The notes below the pieces were generated by a model that ran no database searches, was not told where the DNA came from, and saw only the letters and a list, made by a program, of their open reading frames with translations. DNA of 64,000 nucleotides from Mobula hypostoma (lineage: Eukaryota): assembly GCF_963921235.1 (NCBI RefSeq), contig NC_086097.1, positions 249,242,001-249,306,000 of the forward strand, written 5' to 3'. Shown piece by piece: positions 1 to 13,070 of this stretch. How positions within the stretch are numbered: position 1 is the stretch's first letter; the number at the start of each line of letters is the position of its first letter. A program made the position numbers and the translations under genes.

Positions 1-792
1 CTGACTTCTGAAAGAACCTTGGATCAAAAACACCAGAATCCAACAGATGTTAGCATAAGCATTTGTGAATTTTCTATTTTGAAACCAGTCCAAATCAAGG
101 TGAAAATGAATAACGCTTACAGCATAAATGAGCTCTCCTACATGCGGTGAAATTTGTGATATTAAGTGATAATTCTGGAATTCATCCTCTACAGGATGTA
201 ACCAGTTTTTATTTGCACCTTAGAAGCTGAAGATATTAAAATTAGACTGCAAATACATGCCCAACAGTTATATTAATATAAAATGCCTGTTATATATTAA
301 GTATATATTCAAGAATGTTATTTTACTGATTGCTTCCACAGAAAAAGGCAACTTCCATTTACTACTGTTAATGAAGAACATTTGGCAATAGAAAAATTGT
401 CCACTAGGCCAGAGATTGATAGTGTTGTTGAAAAAAATAAGTACAGCACATTACAGGAGGATTCTGGGACAGGTGACAGAGAAGCAATGGGGGGGGGGTG
501 TATGCACGGGGAGCAGACACACCCAGCCCTGAGACACCAGGCAAGGTCATTTGATTCCAAACAACTGGTTTAGTGATCATTACAGAACGTCTCTCTGGTG
601 CTTCCCACTTCGTCCCCTCTCCCTTCTCCCTTCCCCCTTCCCCCCCCAACCATGATTCCCCTCGCTCTGCCCACTTCCCACCATCAATCCACAATAGAGT
701 CCCACATCAGAATCAGGTTTATCAACATTCATATATCCCATGAAAGCTTTTTTTTTGTAGCCGCAGCAGTACAGTGCAATATATAAATTACT

Positions 793-1165
793 ACAGTACT
801 GTGCAAAAGTCTTAGGTACCTTGTTACATATACATTGCCTATAAAAAAGTATTAACTCTTCCCCCAGAAGTATTGTAATCAGAGTCAGTGTACAAATAAA
901 ACTTGGAATATTTCTAAAAAATGTTATGCTGTATCTGAATGCAGAGAAATATTCACAAGAAATTACAATGTTGTGCTAAAATCTTAGTGCCTATAAAAAG
1001 TACTCAACCCCCCGTGGAAGTTTTCATGTTTTATTATTTTTTTTATATACATTATATGTGCCTAAGATTTTAGTTTAGCACTGTACTTTCTTGTTAAATA
1101 TTTCTCTGCATTCAAATACAGACATAATATTTTAGAAATATTCTTAAGTTTCATTTGTGTGTATA
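793..1165. mobile_element. Tc1/mariner-like TIR remnants with an imperfect fold-back
   Basis: TA-CAGTACTGTGCAAAAGTCTTAGG at ~792 and TGCCTATAAAAAGTA..CCCCC at ~836 and ~988 resemble Tc1-type termini. ~890-986 is an imperfect inverted repeat of ~1061-1160. Confidence 0.5.
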
Positions 1166-1585
1166 CATACACACACACACATATATGTACACATATATAC
1201 ACACATACATATATGATAGGTACTAAAGATTATCCCAATTCTTTTTCTTGACCGCACTGGAAAATGGGCACCTGTGCTCATGTTATTTGATATCATACAC
1301 GCTTGCCATTCAAATGCACTCCTGGAAATGTCAAGACTATTTTAAACAGAGGTTGGGCAATATAGAACATTAGCAAACCAACCTGCTGATATTACAGATA
1401 CAACACAACTACAACTGCACAACAGCTTGACAGTATTTACAGTGGTGTTTAAGAAAATGCAACAACTCTTTTTAAAAAAAAACTTTTTAATCCAGAACCA
1501 TAATGCAAGGAACTTATTCCACCTTCCTCATCAGATTAATCTACAAGGACATCAGCTCTTCAAATCCTGGTGGCATGGTAAGCAA

Positions 1586-2200
1586 ATGATTATGATTATT
1601 ATGATTATGAGGGCACACAGTCCCCTTTTATTGTCATTTAGCATGTATTAAGAAATGATAAAATGCTTTTCCAGAATGATATCACGAAAACACACGACAA
1701 ACCGACTTAAAAACTAACAAAAACCACATAATTATAACATATAGTTACAACAGTGCAAAGCAATACCGTAATTTGATAAGAACAGACCATGGCACAGTAA
1801 AAGTCTCAGAGTCTCTCGAAAGTCCCATCATCTCACACAGACAGTAAACCTCCAGCGCCGCTAACTTGCTGATGCAGCATACTGGAAGCATCCGACCACA
1901 GTCCGACTCCGAGTCCGTCCGAAAAACTCCGAGCACCGAGCACCATCTCTGCCGAGCGCTTCGACCCCGGCCCCAGCAACAGGCGATATGCAAAGCCGAG
2001 GATCTGGGGCCTTCGTCTCCGCAGATTCTCGATCGCACAGTAGCAGCAGCAGTGAAGCAGGCATTTCAGAAGTTTCTCCAGATGTTCCTCTGCGCTTCTC
2101 ACAGCTGTCTCCATCAAATCCGGATTGTGCACAGCCCCTGGTTACACATAATCGATATTCATTTGGAACGGCCGCGCGCGCTGCATCGCGCCACCAAATT
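1586..2200 (-). mobile_element. Non-autonomous retroposon, family A, copy 1
   Basis: Long similarity to 51790-52440 (e.g. AAAACCACATAATTATAACATATAGTTACAACAGTGCAAAGCAATAC). Has a (GATTAT)n tail and a GC-rich head, with no credible ORF. Confidence 0.75.
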
Positions 2201-2344
2201 CTCCTCCCTCCTACTCCCTCCCTAAATGTTGTGCTTTAAAGTAGAATGTTAAGAAACTGGTTTAATTTCATAATTAGGAATCTAGAGTAAATTAGACAAG
2301 TAACTATTTAAATTTGCAAGTAATAACATTAGGTAGATTCTTTG

Positions 2345-3065
2345 CATGATGGCGGTGGCGAGGAGGTAGAGAAGAAGAGGAAGGTCAAGTGGCCAGCAAT
2401 GGCAGATGAGAAGGCTTGGCGTGTATTTGATGAGGATATCAGTATGATGTTGGAGAACACGCTCAGGGGAACATCAAAGAGAAAGTTGGAAGTGATGGGC
2501 GATATGATTTAGAAGCGGTTATTGGTGAACTCACAGGCCCCTGGGAAGACAACATCGATGAAGCCCATGAGCGCAAGTTAACCAAGTATGCAGAGTTGAG
2601 ATCAGAGTGCAGAGACAGAGGGTGGAAGGTCTCATGCTATCCATTCGAAGTAGGCTGCCGTGGGTTTATTGCGTTCACTCTCCAGAAGTGGCTGCGTGAC
2701 CTTGGCTTCACTAGAAGAGAGATCAAGTCAACCAGCAGGGCTGTAGCTGAGGCAGCAGAGAAAGGATCAGCATGGGTGTGGAACAAGTATGTCCAGAGGG
2801 GCAGATAGTCAGACAGTGTATACATATCTTGCAAGCCCTTCAGTAGTTGCATAGACACCTGAAGAGTAGACTATCTGTTGGATGGAAGTGACCAACATCT
2901 CTGATAGGGGCAGATGCCAGGTTTTCAAGCTCACCAGTGGGAGTTGGTGCTTTAGCACTGCTGGCCCACCACCTCGAAGGAGTCTTGATCATAAGCGGGC
3001 CAAAACTCCTGAAGACAGGTGGCAGATCAACTGATGATCCCACTGGTGTTAGCACAGGACAGTTA
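2345..3065 (+). mobile_element. Internally deleted Hero-like non-LTR element (restriction-like endonuclease)
   Basis: An N-terminal piece VKWPAMADEKAWRVFDEDISMMLE is joined to the C-terminal ELTGPWEDNIDEAHERKLTKY...CYPFEVGCRGF...KGSAWVW (ORF 2596-2808). The RT domain is missing. Confidence 0.75.
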
Positions 3066-4308
3066 ATATCTTAGTCCACGTGTATTCTCTAACTCTACAA
3101 ACATGCACTTTTAAACAAAATATATCCTGATGGTCACTCCATGAGCTGGATACATACAAGGGAACTGTAACCAAATCTTTTATCACAGTTAATAATCTGG
3201 TGGAAGAGCACTTTCCATGCTTAGAAAGAGGAAAACATTCAAGTTAAACAAAAAGAAGCAGCTGTCACAAAAATGGTATTAAGTACTGGATGCAATTTTC
3301 TTGACAACATAATCTGTTCCATCCTACTGTCAAATAAAGGCACAGAACTCAAAAAGTTTGAATATTTGACCAAGACTCTGCTAGTGACCTTAAAAATATT
3401 TTAAGGTGAAGCAAAGGCACAAGCAGATTCATGATCCCACGTTACTCAATGGCCCTGCATAAAAACTCATGAATACAAATGTAATATTCATGGACTCAGG
3501 GACTTGGGACTTTATTTTTCCTGTGGGACTGTGCCTTACTGCTATCTTATCTGTGCTCTGGAATATGTGCCTTGTGCATATATATCCTGAAATGTGAAGG
3601 TGAGCAGCCAGAGGTCGTGGTACAGATTGATACCAATGACACAGGTAGAGAAAAAAAAAGAGGTCCTGAACGCAGAATACAGGGAGTTAGGAAAATGAGA
3701 AGCAAGCCCCAGGGGAAGTAATCTTAGGATTACTGCCTTTGCCACGTGGCAGCGAGTATAGGAATAGAATAAGGTGACAGATAAATGCACGGCTGAAGAA
3801 TTGGAGCAGGGGGCAGGGATTCAAATTTCTGAATCATTGGGACCTTGGACTTGAATCCAAGGGGGAACCAATATCCTGGCGGGGAGATTTGCTAATACTA
3901 TTGGGGAGGGTTTAAACTAGATATGCAGAGGGGTGGGAACCAAAGAGGCATAGGATGGGGTAGTTGATGCACAAGTAGAGATGGCTTGTAGGGAGTTTGT
4001 GAGGAAGGACAGGCAATGATAGAGCAAAGGTGCACTCACACTGATGGTTTGAGATACGTCAAATGCAGGGAGTATCATAAATAAAGCAGATGAACTTAGA
4101 GCGTGGTTCAATACATGGAACGATGACATTGTGGCCATTACAAAGACTTGGATGTTTCAGGGGCAGGAATGGCTGCTGAATGTGCCGGGCTTTAGATGTT
4201 TCAAAAAGGACAGGGAGGCAGGCAAAAGAGGTGGGGTGTGGCATTGCTAATCAGGGATAGTGTTACAGCCGCAGAAAAGAAGGAAATCGTGGAGGGATTA
4301 TCTACTGA

Positions 4309-5254
4309 GGCTACGTCCACACTACGCCGGATAATTTTGAAAACACCGGTTTCAAGTAAAAACCACAGGCGTCCACACTAAGCATTTTTCTCAAAATATC
4401 TCTGTCCACATTAGACGGATATTTGGGTGAATCTCCTCCTACTGGGCCTGCGCAGGACACACAGAAAACAAGCGAAGAGGGAACAGTATACTTGGTGCGC
4501 GTTTGTCCAGTTAAAGAGTAGAAAAACTTAAAAGGAATTGCTCTTGGCTCTCGCGCAGGACTTAAAACTAAAAAAAGTGCGTATGAAGGCAACCGACAGG
4601 GAGTTCACGGACAATGTGACCCGGCTGACAACAAACATTGAAAAACTGACCAACTCTGTTGCATTAATAAAGCACTGCATCAGTGTTATCTTGAATTTCC
4701 ATACAACGTTACACTAGGCTGTTACACATCTGTTGTCAGAGAAGTACTTGCACAAATAGGTAAACCACCTTCATACAAGCAAGGACAGAAAACAGGGCAA
4801 AGTGAGTACAATTATTTATTCAGTAAGCTATGGGTCAAAGTATTTGGTGAGTACATTTCTAACTATTCTGGCTTCAATCTCGTTGCCATCTGTTCTGAAA
4901 TTGTTAGGTTCTGCGAAGCACAGAATCAAATATCGCTGTGATGATTGTACGCTCTAGTATCAATTGTTTGGCGACAATAAAGTAGTAATAATAATAATGA
5001 TAAGAAGAAAACAATGAAATGCCGCGCTGTCACCATCTGTTCCTGGACATCATGACAGCAGTTTTTAAAAGCTCCGGTTACCCCATACACACTGCAACGG
5101 TTATTAGGTGTTTTCAGATTTATTCACTCTGGAGACCGTTTCTGAAAATCTCCGTTTTCGGGGGATGAAAACGCCGTTTCAGTGTGGACGGAAGGTCAAG
5201 AAGAACAGAAAGAGCTTTGTTTTCAAAATTATCCGGCGTAGTGTGGACGTAGCC
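4309..5254. mobile_element. PIF/Harbinger-type non-autonomous DNA transposon
   Basis: Perfect 37-bp TIRs (GGCTACGTCCACACTACGCCGGATAATTTTGAAAACA) and a 3-bp TSD TGA (4306-4308 / 5255-5257). Inserted in the CR1 endonuclease region. Confidence 0.9.
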
Positions 5255-6255
5255 TGAGTCAGTGTGGGTGTAGATCAGAAACAGGAGGAGACAATAACTC
5301 TACTGGGTGGTTTTTTTTATAGGCCTCCAATAGTAACAGGGACATCAAGGAGCAGATAGGGAGGCAGATTCTGGAACAGTGTGATGATAATAGGGTTGCT
5401 GTAATGGGAGTTTTTCAACTTTCCTAATACTGACTGGCATCTCCTTAGCACAAGGGTTTTAGATGTGGTGGAGTTTGTTAGGTGTGTTCAGGAAGGTTTC
5501 CTGACGCAATATATAGTTAAGCCAACTAGAGAGGCCGTACTTGATCTGGTATTAGGAAATGAACCTGGTCAGGTGTCAGATCTCTCACTGGGAGAGCATT
5601 TTGGAGGTAGTCACCACAACTCTATCTCCTTCACCATAGCTATGGAGAGGGATAGGAGCAGACAATTTGGGAAAACATTTAACTGGGGTAGGGGGAAATA
5701 GGATGCTATTAGGCAGGAACTTGGGAGCATAAATTGAAAGCAGATGTTCTCAGGGAAATACACGGAAGAAATGTGGCAAATGTTCAGGGAGCATTCCCAT
5801 GGAGTTCTGCATAGGCATGTTCCATTGAGGCAAGGAAAGGATGGTAGGGTAAAAGAACCATGTGTACAAAGGGTGTGAAAAAATTTAGTTACAAAAAGAA
5901 GAGCTTCCAAAAGGTTCAAAAACCTAGGTACTAATAGTTCTAGAAAATTCCAAGGATGTCAGAATGAAATTAGGAGAGCCAGAGGGGGCCATTAGAAGGC
6001 CTTGGCAAGCAGGATTAAGGAAAACCCCAAGGCATTCTACAAGTATGTGAAGAGCAAGAGGATGAGCCGTGTGAAAATAGGACCAAGTGCAATAATGGAA
6101 ACTTGTGCATGGAGTTGGAGGAGGTAGCAGAGGTACTTAATGAATTCTTTGCTTCAGGAAAAAGGTCGTGGGCAATTGTGGGGATGACTTGCAATGGACT
6201 GAAACGCTTGAGCAGATAGTCATTAAGGGGATGTGCTGGTGCTTTTGAAAAGCAA

Positions 6256-6930
6256 TAATCAGAATCAGGTTTAGTATCACCGCCATGTGATGTGAAATTT
6301 GTTAACTTAGCAGCAGCAGTTCAATGCAATATATAATCTAGTAGAGAGAGAAAAAAAATAATAAAACATAATAAATAAACAAATCAATTACATATATTGA
6401 ATAGATTTTTTTAAATGTGCAAAAACAGAAATACTGTATATTAAAAAAAGTGAGGTAGTGTTCAAAGCTTCAATGTCCATTTAGGAATTGGATGGCAGAG
6501 GGGAAGAAGCTGTTCCTGAATCGCTGAGTGTGTGCCTTCAGGCTTCTGTACCTCCTCCCTGATGGTAACAGTGAGAAAGGTGCATGCCCTGGGTGCTGGA
6601 GGTCTTTAATAATGGACGCTGCCTTTCTGAGACACCGCTCCCTAAAGATGTCCTAGGTACATTGTAGGCTAGTGCCCAAGATGGAGCTGACTAGATTTAC
6701 AACCTTCTGCAGCTTCTTTTGGTCCTGTGCAGTAGCCCCTCCATACCAGACAGTGATGCAGCCTGTCAGAATGCCCTCCACGGCACAACTATAGAAGTTT
6801 TTGAGTGTAGCCGCTGTCCTGCCTTCTTTATCATAGTCATAGTCATACTTTATTGATCCCCGGGGAAATTGGTTAAATAACTACATCAATATGTTGGGAC
6901 CAGGTTAGATCCTCGGAGATCTTGACACCA
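6256..6930 (-). mobile_element. Rex1/Babar-like non-LTR 3' fragment nested in CR1
   Basis: Encodes GVKISEDLTWSQHID and ILTGCITVWYGG-like remnants, and ends in an AAACCTGATTCTGATT tail. Confidence 0.75.
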
Positions 6931-8754
6931 AAAGACTGCTGAGCCTCTGGAGATGATCTTCGCATCATCAACAGGGACAGAAGTACCACCAGAGGATTGG
7001 AGGATTGCAAGTGTCGTTCCCAAGTTTGGGAAATGGAGTAGAGATAACCCAGGAAATCATAGACCAGTGAGTGGGCAAGTTGGTGGAGGAGATCCTGAGA
7101 AGCAGGATTTATGAGGATTTGCAGACACATAACCTAATTAGGGATAGTCAGCATGGCTTTGTCAAGGGCATGTCATGCCTTACAAGCCTAATTGAATTCT
7201 TTGAGGATGTAACAAAACACATTGACGAAGGTAGAGCAGTAGAGGTTCCCCATGCAAGGCTCATTCAGAAAGTAAGGAGGTATGGGATCCATGGAGACCT
7301 TGCTTCTGGATCCAGAACTGGCTTGCCCACAGAAGGCAAAGGGGGGCTGTAGATGGTTCATATTCTGCATGGAGGTCAGTGACCAGTGGTGTTCCGCAGG
7401 GATCTATTCTGGGACCCCTCCTCTTTCTGATATTTATAAATGACCTGGATGAAGTAGTAGAAGGAGGGGTTAGTAAGTTTGCTGATGAAACAAAGGTTGG
7501 GGGTGTTGTGGTTAGTCTGGAGAATTGTCAGAGGTTACAGCAGGACATCAATAGGATGCAGAACTGGGCTGCAAAGTGGCAGATGGAATTCACTGAAGTA
7601 TGAAGGAGTTCATTGTGGTAGGTCAAATTTGAAGACAATATAATACAAATGGTAAGATGCCTGGCAGTGTGGAGGATCAGCAAGGTCTTGGGGTCCATGC
7701 CCAGAGGACATTCAAAAGCTGCTGTGCAAGTTGACAAGAAGGCATATGGTGTGTTGGCATTTATCAACAATGGGATTGAGTTCAAGAGCCGTGAGGTAAT
7801 GTTACAGCTATACAAGAACTTGCTCAGACCCCACTTGGAGTATTGTGTTCAGTTCTGGTCACCTCACTACAAGAAGGATGTGGATACTATAGAAAGGGCG
7901 CAGAGGAGATTTACAAGGACGTTGCCTGGATTGGAGGGTGTACTTTATGAGAATAGGTTGAGTGTACTTGGCCTTTTCCCCTTGTAGTGACAGAGGATGA
8001 GAGGTGAGCTGATAGAAGTGTACAAGATGATGAGAGGCATTGATCGTGTGGATAGCCAAAAAGCTTTTTCCCCAGGGCTGAAATGGTTAACACAAGGGAA
8101 CATAGTTTCAAGGTGCTTGGAAGTACGTACGGGGGGATGTCAGGGGTAGGTTTTTCCACAAAGAGAGTAGTGGGTGCATGGAATGTACTGCAGGTGACGG
8201 TGGTGGAGGTGGATACAATAGGGTCTTTTAAGAGACTCCTGGATAGGTACATTGAGCTGAGAAAAATAGAGGGCTATGCAGTAGGGAATTTCTAGGCAGT
8301 CTCTAGAGTAGGTTACATGGCCAGCACAACATTGTGGGCCGAAGGGCCTGTAATGTTTTGTAGATTTCTATGTTCTACATGCTGCGAATGACTGCTGGTT
8401 CTCAGTTTTGCACTTTGGCCCCGGACTAACGCTGCTTCATTTGGCTGTATCCATGGCTATTCACGTACGGTTGAACGACAATTGAACTCAACTTTAAGGC
8501 AGAAATGATGCTCTTCATACACAATGAAACAAATCTGTTGACATTCATTCACCAGTTCTCAAAATGCAACATGGTCAGTAGCAAAATGACATTGCTTAAA
8601 CATACACCTCGTTCAAATTTGTAACCATCCTTAGAAAGAGCAATTCACCCATATTAAAACACAGTATAATGAAAGAAATTCTAATTGCTCAATTTTGTAA
8701 GCTGTTCTGAGTAATCACTCCGTAGATGCCACATGACGATATTTTCATTGGTGG

Positions 8755-9030
8755 TTATTTATTGAGATACAGTGTGGAACAGGCCCTGCCAACCCTTTCA
8801 GCTGCGCCACCCAGCAACCCCTGATTTAACCCTAACCTAATCACGATTTACAATGACCAATTAACCTACAAACCACTACGCCTTTAGACTGTGGGAGGAA
8901 ACCAGAGCACCCAGAGGAATCCAACACTGTCAGGGGGAAAACATACAAACTCCTTAAAGACAGTGGCAGGAATTGAGCTCAAGTCGCCAGTACTGTAAAG
9001 TGTCGTGCTAACCACTATGCTATCATGCTG
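8755..9030 (-). mobile_element. tRNA-derived SINE (elasmobranch V-SINE/HE1-like)
   Basis: Minus strand starts with ATAGCATAGTGGTTAGCAC (A-box-like), has a GGTTTCCTCCCACAGTC core and a CR1-like tail. Related copies at ~15.0, 18.8, 24.6, 27.1, 36.0, 39.4 and 49.3 kb. Confidence 0.7.
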
Positions 9031-9929
9031 CAAGAAAATGCAACCAGCTCATCTGCTTTTTACCCAGAATCAGAAAGCAATGATTTTATTCCACATCCCT
9101 TGTCAGGTTGATCTACAACACCACTAGCACTTTAAAATATGTTCAAGTTCTGGTGATAATTAAAGTACATTTTATTGGACTGCAAAAGAATAAGCACTAT
9201 TCATGTAATTTATAACCAATCAAACCAAGAATACATAGTGTACTAATACTATCTTCATTTGAAATATAGTCACGTTGCCAGATATTTACTGCCCATTATT
9301 CCAAAACATTGAAAAACCCAGTAAGAATCAATGTGCAAGCAACACTGTTCCAGCCGTCAGATATTTTACAGAATTCAAACAAAGTTTTAAAGTGGGTAAA
9401 GTGGGGGGAGTAAAATATCTATTGTTAGGACGCTGATCAGACACTAACATTTGCTTACCACTCAATGAAGTTCCTCTTTTAAACTTATGGGAGCATCCAC
9501 CTCAAAAGCCTTGAACTCTACAAACTGCACAAATGGTTTTAACTGCATAGCCCTCTATTTTCCTAAGCTCAATAATACTGCAAGGGGAAAAGATTTCAGT
9601 TTAAAATCAAACAAGATTCTGTACCAGGAGAACCAAGTGTTTCTTTCCACCAGTTACTAATAGCTGAAGGGATTTCATGAAAATTTCAAATTTTAATGCC
9701 TCAGTACTCAAGAAGTGGCAAAGAACAGATTAACTCAATTATGATATTGGGATTTCATTTCTTTTGACCAAGCTCAATCAGCTATTCAAAAACTATAAAA
9801 CCAAGTTATTACTACAAACTGGAGCTTATACATAACAATATACAAATTAGGAATCCAGCTGACTGTTCCAAAGTTTGGAAAAATAGGAAGTGACAGTAGA
9901 CAATCCAATCCACCTCAACTTCCTCAATA

Positions 9930-11390
9930 CACCCAGATCCTGCTTAATGCTGGGGATGCGTTCCTCAGAGGTGGAATGCTATGTGAGGTCATTATAACAT
10001 TACATAAATGGACAGGTGTGCCTGATAAAATAATGTATCATATATCTCGGGTTTGATTTTTTCTATGTATACAGAGTAATTCTTGTAGTAACACACACGC
10101 AAATAGGCCTAACCTGTTCATCAGCAATACGTCGCAGCAGCAGCGGGGGAAGGCAGTGATTTCATCTTGGAGAAGGGACCAGGCTGTGGGTCCTCCTCCA
10201 ATTCTGCCTTCTCCTTCAAGTAGGTGTCGAGATTTGGCTGTCTCTCCTTAAGTTTTTTCTCATGTCGCTGTTCACTGTAGGAGGAAATCAGGTCAAGAAC
10301 ACCTCTCTTTGCCTTATTGCTTTGCTCCCAGTCAGGGTCATTATCGATGAACTGGTCCATGATTCGAATGATCGAGGTGATGCTAGTGCTGAGGAATTTT
10401 GTGGTGAGGTTTCTTGCTGGTGTTTCCTCTTCTCCACCCTTGTCCTCAGACTCACCCAGGATGTGTTGCTCTGCCAATTCTCGAAGCATCTTCATTATTA
10501 AGGCTCTCACCATGAGTATGCAGAAACTCTTCAACAATGCCATCATTAACCCTCTAATCACACATCATTGGCTGGTTCAGCAATGGTTTGGATGACTGGT
10601 TCTACCTGAAATCCCTAGGATGCCATTGCAATTTCTGGCCGTAGCTTCTTCCACACTCCATTCATGCTATGGAGGTTACTGTGCTGTTTAAGCCTATCAA
10701 ACCAAACTCTGCTGGCTGTGAATGTTACCAACGTATCTTTCTCCTCTTGAATATGATTAAAGATGCCTCTTGTATTTTCCATTAACAGCTGGCTCAGTGG
10801 CATGTTTCATTGTGTTTTGTCATCGATTTTGTCTATTTTCCATTTTTTTCAAGCAAATGACTCCCTGGACAAGTCAGCTTTGATGATAACTTTAAAGTCG
10901 TAATTGCAGCAGCTTTTATCTTGTCTGCATTTTTTTTAAATCATCATTCTGATCATCGATGTAGCCAATTTCAAAGAGGTGCCAATATCAACCTGACACT
11001 CACCAATTTCCAAATGCCGGATCACTTGCAGTTTCACATCCATGCTAATGCTTTGCTGAGACATCTCAGATGTATTACCCTCACTAGAAGTCGCAGGCCA
11101 CTTTCCAGACATCATGTGGGAAAAAAATAAAATAAATTGGCAAGGGAGCAAGAACGTTTACACACGCAGGGGAGGCAGAGCATGAACTAATACATGATTG
11201 GCTGTGAGTGGCTCAGAGTGTATGTAAAGCACTCTCATTGGCTGATTGAGTGCTTACTGTCGTGGCAACCGCTCTTGAAAAGTTTTAAGTGTTGTTCAGA
11301 ATTAATTGTTATTTTTTAAAATTTCAATTAAGAATTGAATAACCACATTGTAAAGAATCAGCAGTATGCGATGTGGGGTGAGAGTGCATC
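9930..11390 (-). mobile_element. Decayed Tigger/pogo transposase
   Basis: Fragments SISMDVKLQVIRHLEIGECQVDI (psq-HTH-like), FTASRVWFDRLK (CENP-B HTH motif) and C-terminal DPDWEQSNKAKRGV. Frameshifted with the DDE domain largely missing; the ends are uncertain. Confidence 0.8.
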
Positions 11391-11424
11391 TTCCTCATAA
11401 GCAAAATACAAATTCAACCAACTG

Positions 11425-11670
11425 TTTAAGGAGATTGGAAGAAAATATGGGGATGTCAGAGGGAAGTTTTATTTTACAGAGTGATGAGTGCATGGAACAC
11501 CCTGCCAGGGATGGTGGTAGAGGTATATGCATTTGGAACATTTAAAGAACTCTTAGATAGGCACATGGATGAAAGAAAAAAAAATGAGGGCTATGTGGGA
11601 GAGGAGAGCTAGATTGATCTTAGAGTAGGTTAAAAGGTTGGAACAATATTATGGGCCGAAGTGTTAGTAC
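11425..11670 (+). mobile_element. CR1 3' fragment
   Basis: GATGTCAGAGGGAAGTTTT...TTTAAAGAACTCTTAGATAGGCACATGG matches the other CR1 3' ends in the window. Confidence 0.7.
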
Positions 11671-12289
11671 ATTCCAGATTCCTCCAGCACATTATTGCAC
11701 CATGAAGGAAAGTTCGTATTTTCAGTGGCTAATACGTCAACAGGTTAATTACACTCATTATGGCCATACCATTTCAGTTAGATGATGCATTGCCTTGTAT
11801 TACTGAGCCTTTCACTGAACTTTGCTGTAATCAGTTGTTTACTCACGACTACTAGAATTGGACAATGATTTATAGCACTACATACAGTCTCAACAGGCCT
11901 GCCAGATCTATTCGAAGTTGGCTCTCTTTAGCACAAATGTAATGCCACACACAAGACACAGTAATTCCTACTTTCTGAGCTTGAGGAGAACGGACATCAA
12001 TACTCATAGCCTTCTAAAGATTCATACTTGTGAGTCTGCTCACATGCTGCATCAGTGTGTGGTACAGAAACTGCACTGCGGTGCACAGTAAGACTCTGTA
12101 ATAGGTAGTCAGAAAATTCCAGTACATCACCAGCCTCAGCCTACCTCTCATTAAGGACATAGATACAGAAAGGTGCCAGAAAAGGGCCAACAATACAATG
12201 AAGGCTCCCACCCAGCCTACTCATGGAATGTTTGTTCCACACTCATCAGGGAAGAAGCTATACAGCATCCATGTCAGGAACATCAACAC

Positions 12290-13070
12290 GTTTAGGAGGA
12301 CAATGGCATCCAATGGTGTCTCTTTTGCTTGCATCTTCGGAAACTGCTCTATTTCTATCTTTAATAACTCTATTTTTTTTCCTTTCAGGGTTCTTTTGAA
12401 AACCCTGACCTAGAGTTACACACTGATTTCGGTTCTTTGCAAAAATAGGACACGCTCTCAGGGTCTCATGACTGGGTGCTATTCAAACTGCCAAGGACGT
12501 GGCCTAGAAGACAGGCGTGCCTTCAGGGTTCCGGGAATTCATGGCTCTGGATGCGAGCGAACTCGAGGTTGGTGTCTCTGCAGGAAATCGGTGTGTCGTG
12601 GGAGACGGAAGATTGTAAGCAGTGAGCTGGCTGTGTGCCCAGAGATCCGAGTTCTTTGGGCACAGAGCTTGGAAGAAGCCATGCAACAGACTTTTAACAC
12701 CATAAATCAGTGAGTTGTTTGTTATCTCTCCCCTCTCGCTGTGAAACGGAGACACCCCCTTTTCCCTTATTAGGGAGAGAGAGAACCTGTGATATGTTGA
12801 ATACCGGGTGAACGAGCAGTCTTTGGGGTACTGCAAGCCTGTGTCTTTATTGATGCTTGAGTGCTCTGTGGGTGTGCCATTGCTTTTCTTGCTGATGGGG
12901 GAGGGGGAGTTGTTGCTTTGCTGCTGCTTATGTGTTGGGGGGAGCTGGGGGCTTTCAGGTTCTAACATTTAACTGTCATTCATTCTTTGGGGCACTCCTT
13001 TATTCTTATGTTTGTGAATAAGAATTTCAGGATGTATACCATATACATTTCTCTGACATTAAATGTACCT
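12290..13070 (+). mobile_element. Non-autonomous retroposon, family B, copy 1
   Basis: Colinear with the reverse complement of 53542-54300 (shared GAGCTGGCTGTGTGCCCAGAGA..CGAGTTCTTTGGGCACAGAGCT; tail CATTTCTCTGACATTAAATGTACCT). It splits a Rex1-like fragment (~11975-12290 and ~13372-13665). Confidence 0.75.

Larger units (their letters stand above)
3600..8378 (+). mobile_element. Degenerate near-full-length CR1 LINE
   Basis: ORF1 SGNH-esterase-like remnants (VVVQIDTND, LNPRGTNILAGRFA), APE endonuclease (VLDLVLGNEPGQV) and RT ([38 protein letters not shown]), ending in a TTTCTATG-type tail. Interrupted by two insertions. Confidence 0.9.

Noticed and set aside
1..573. Plus-strand open frames at 1-231 and ~340-573
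   Set aside because: No recognisable protein and no convincing donor; the second frame runs into a repeat.
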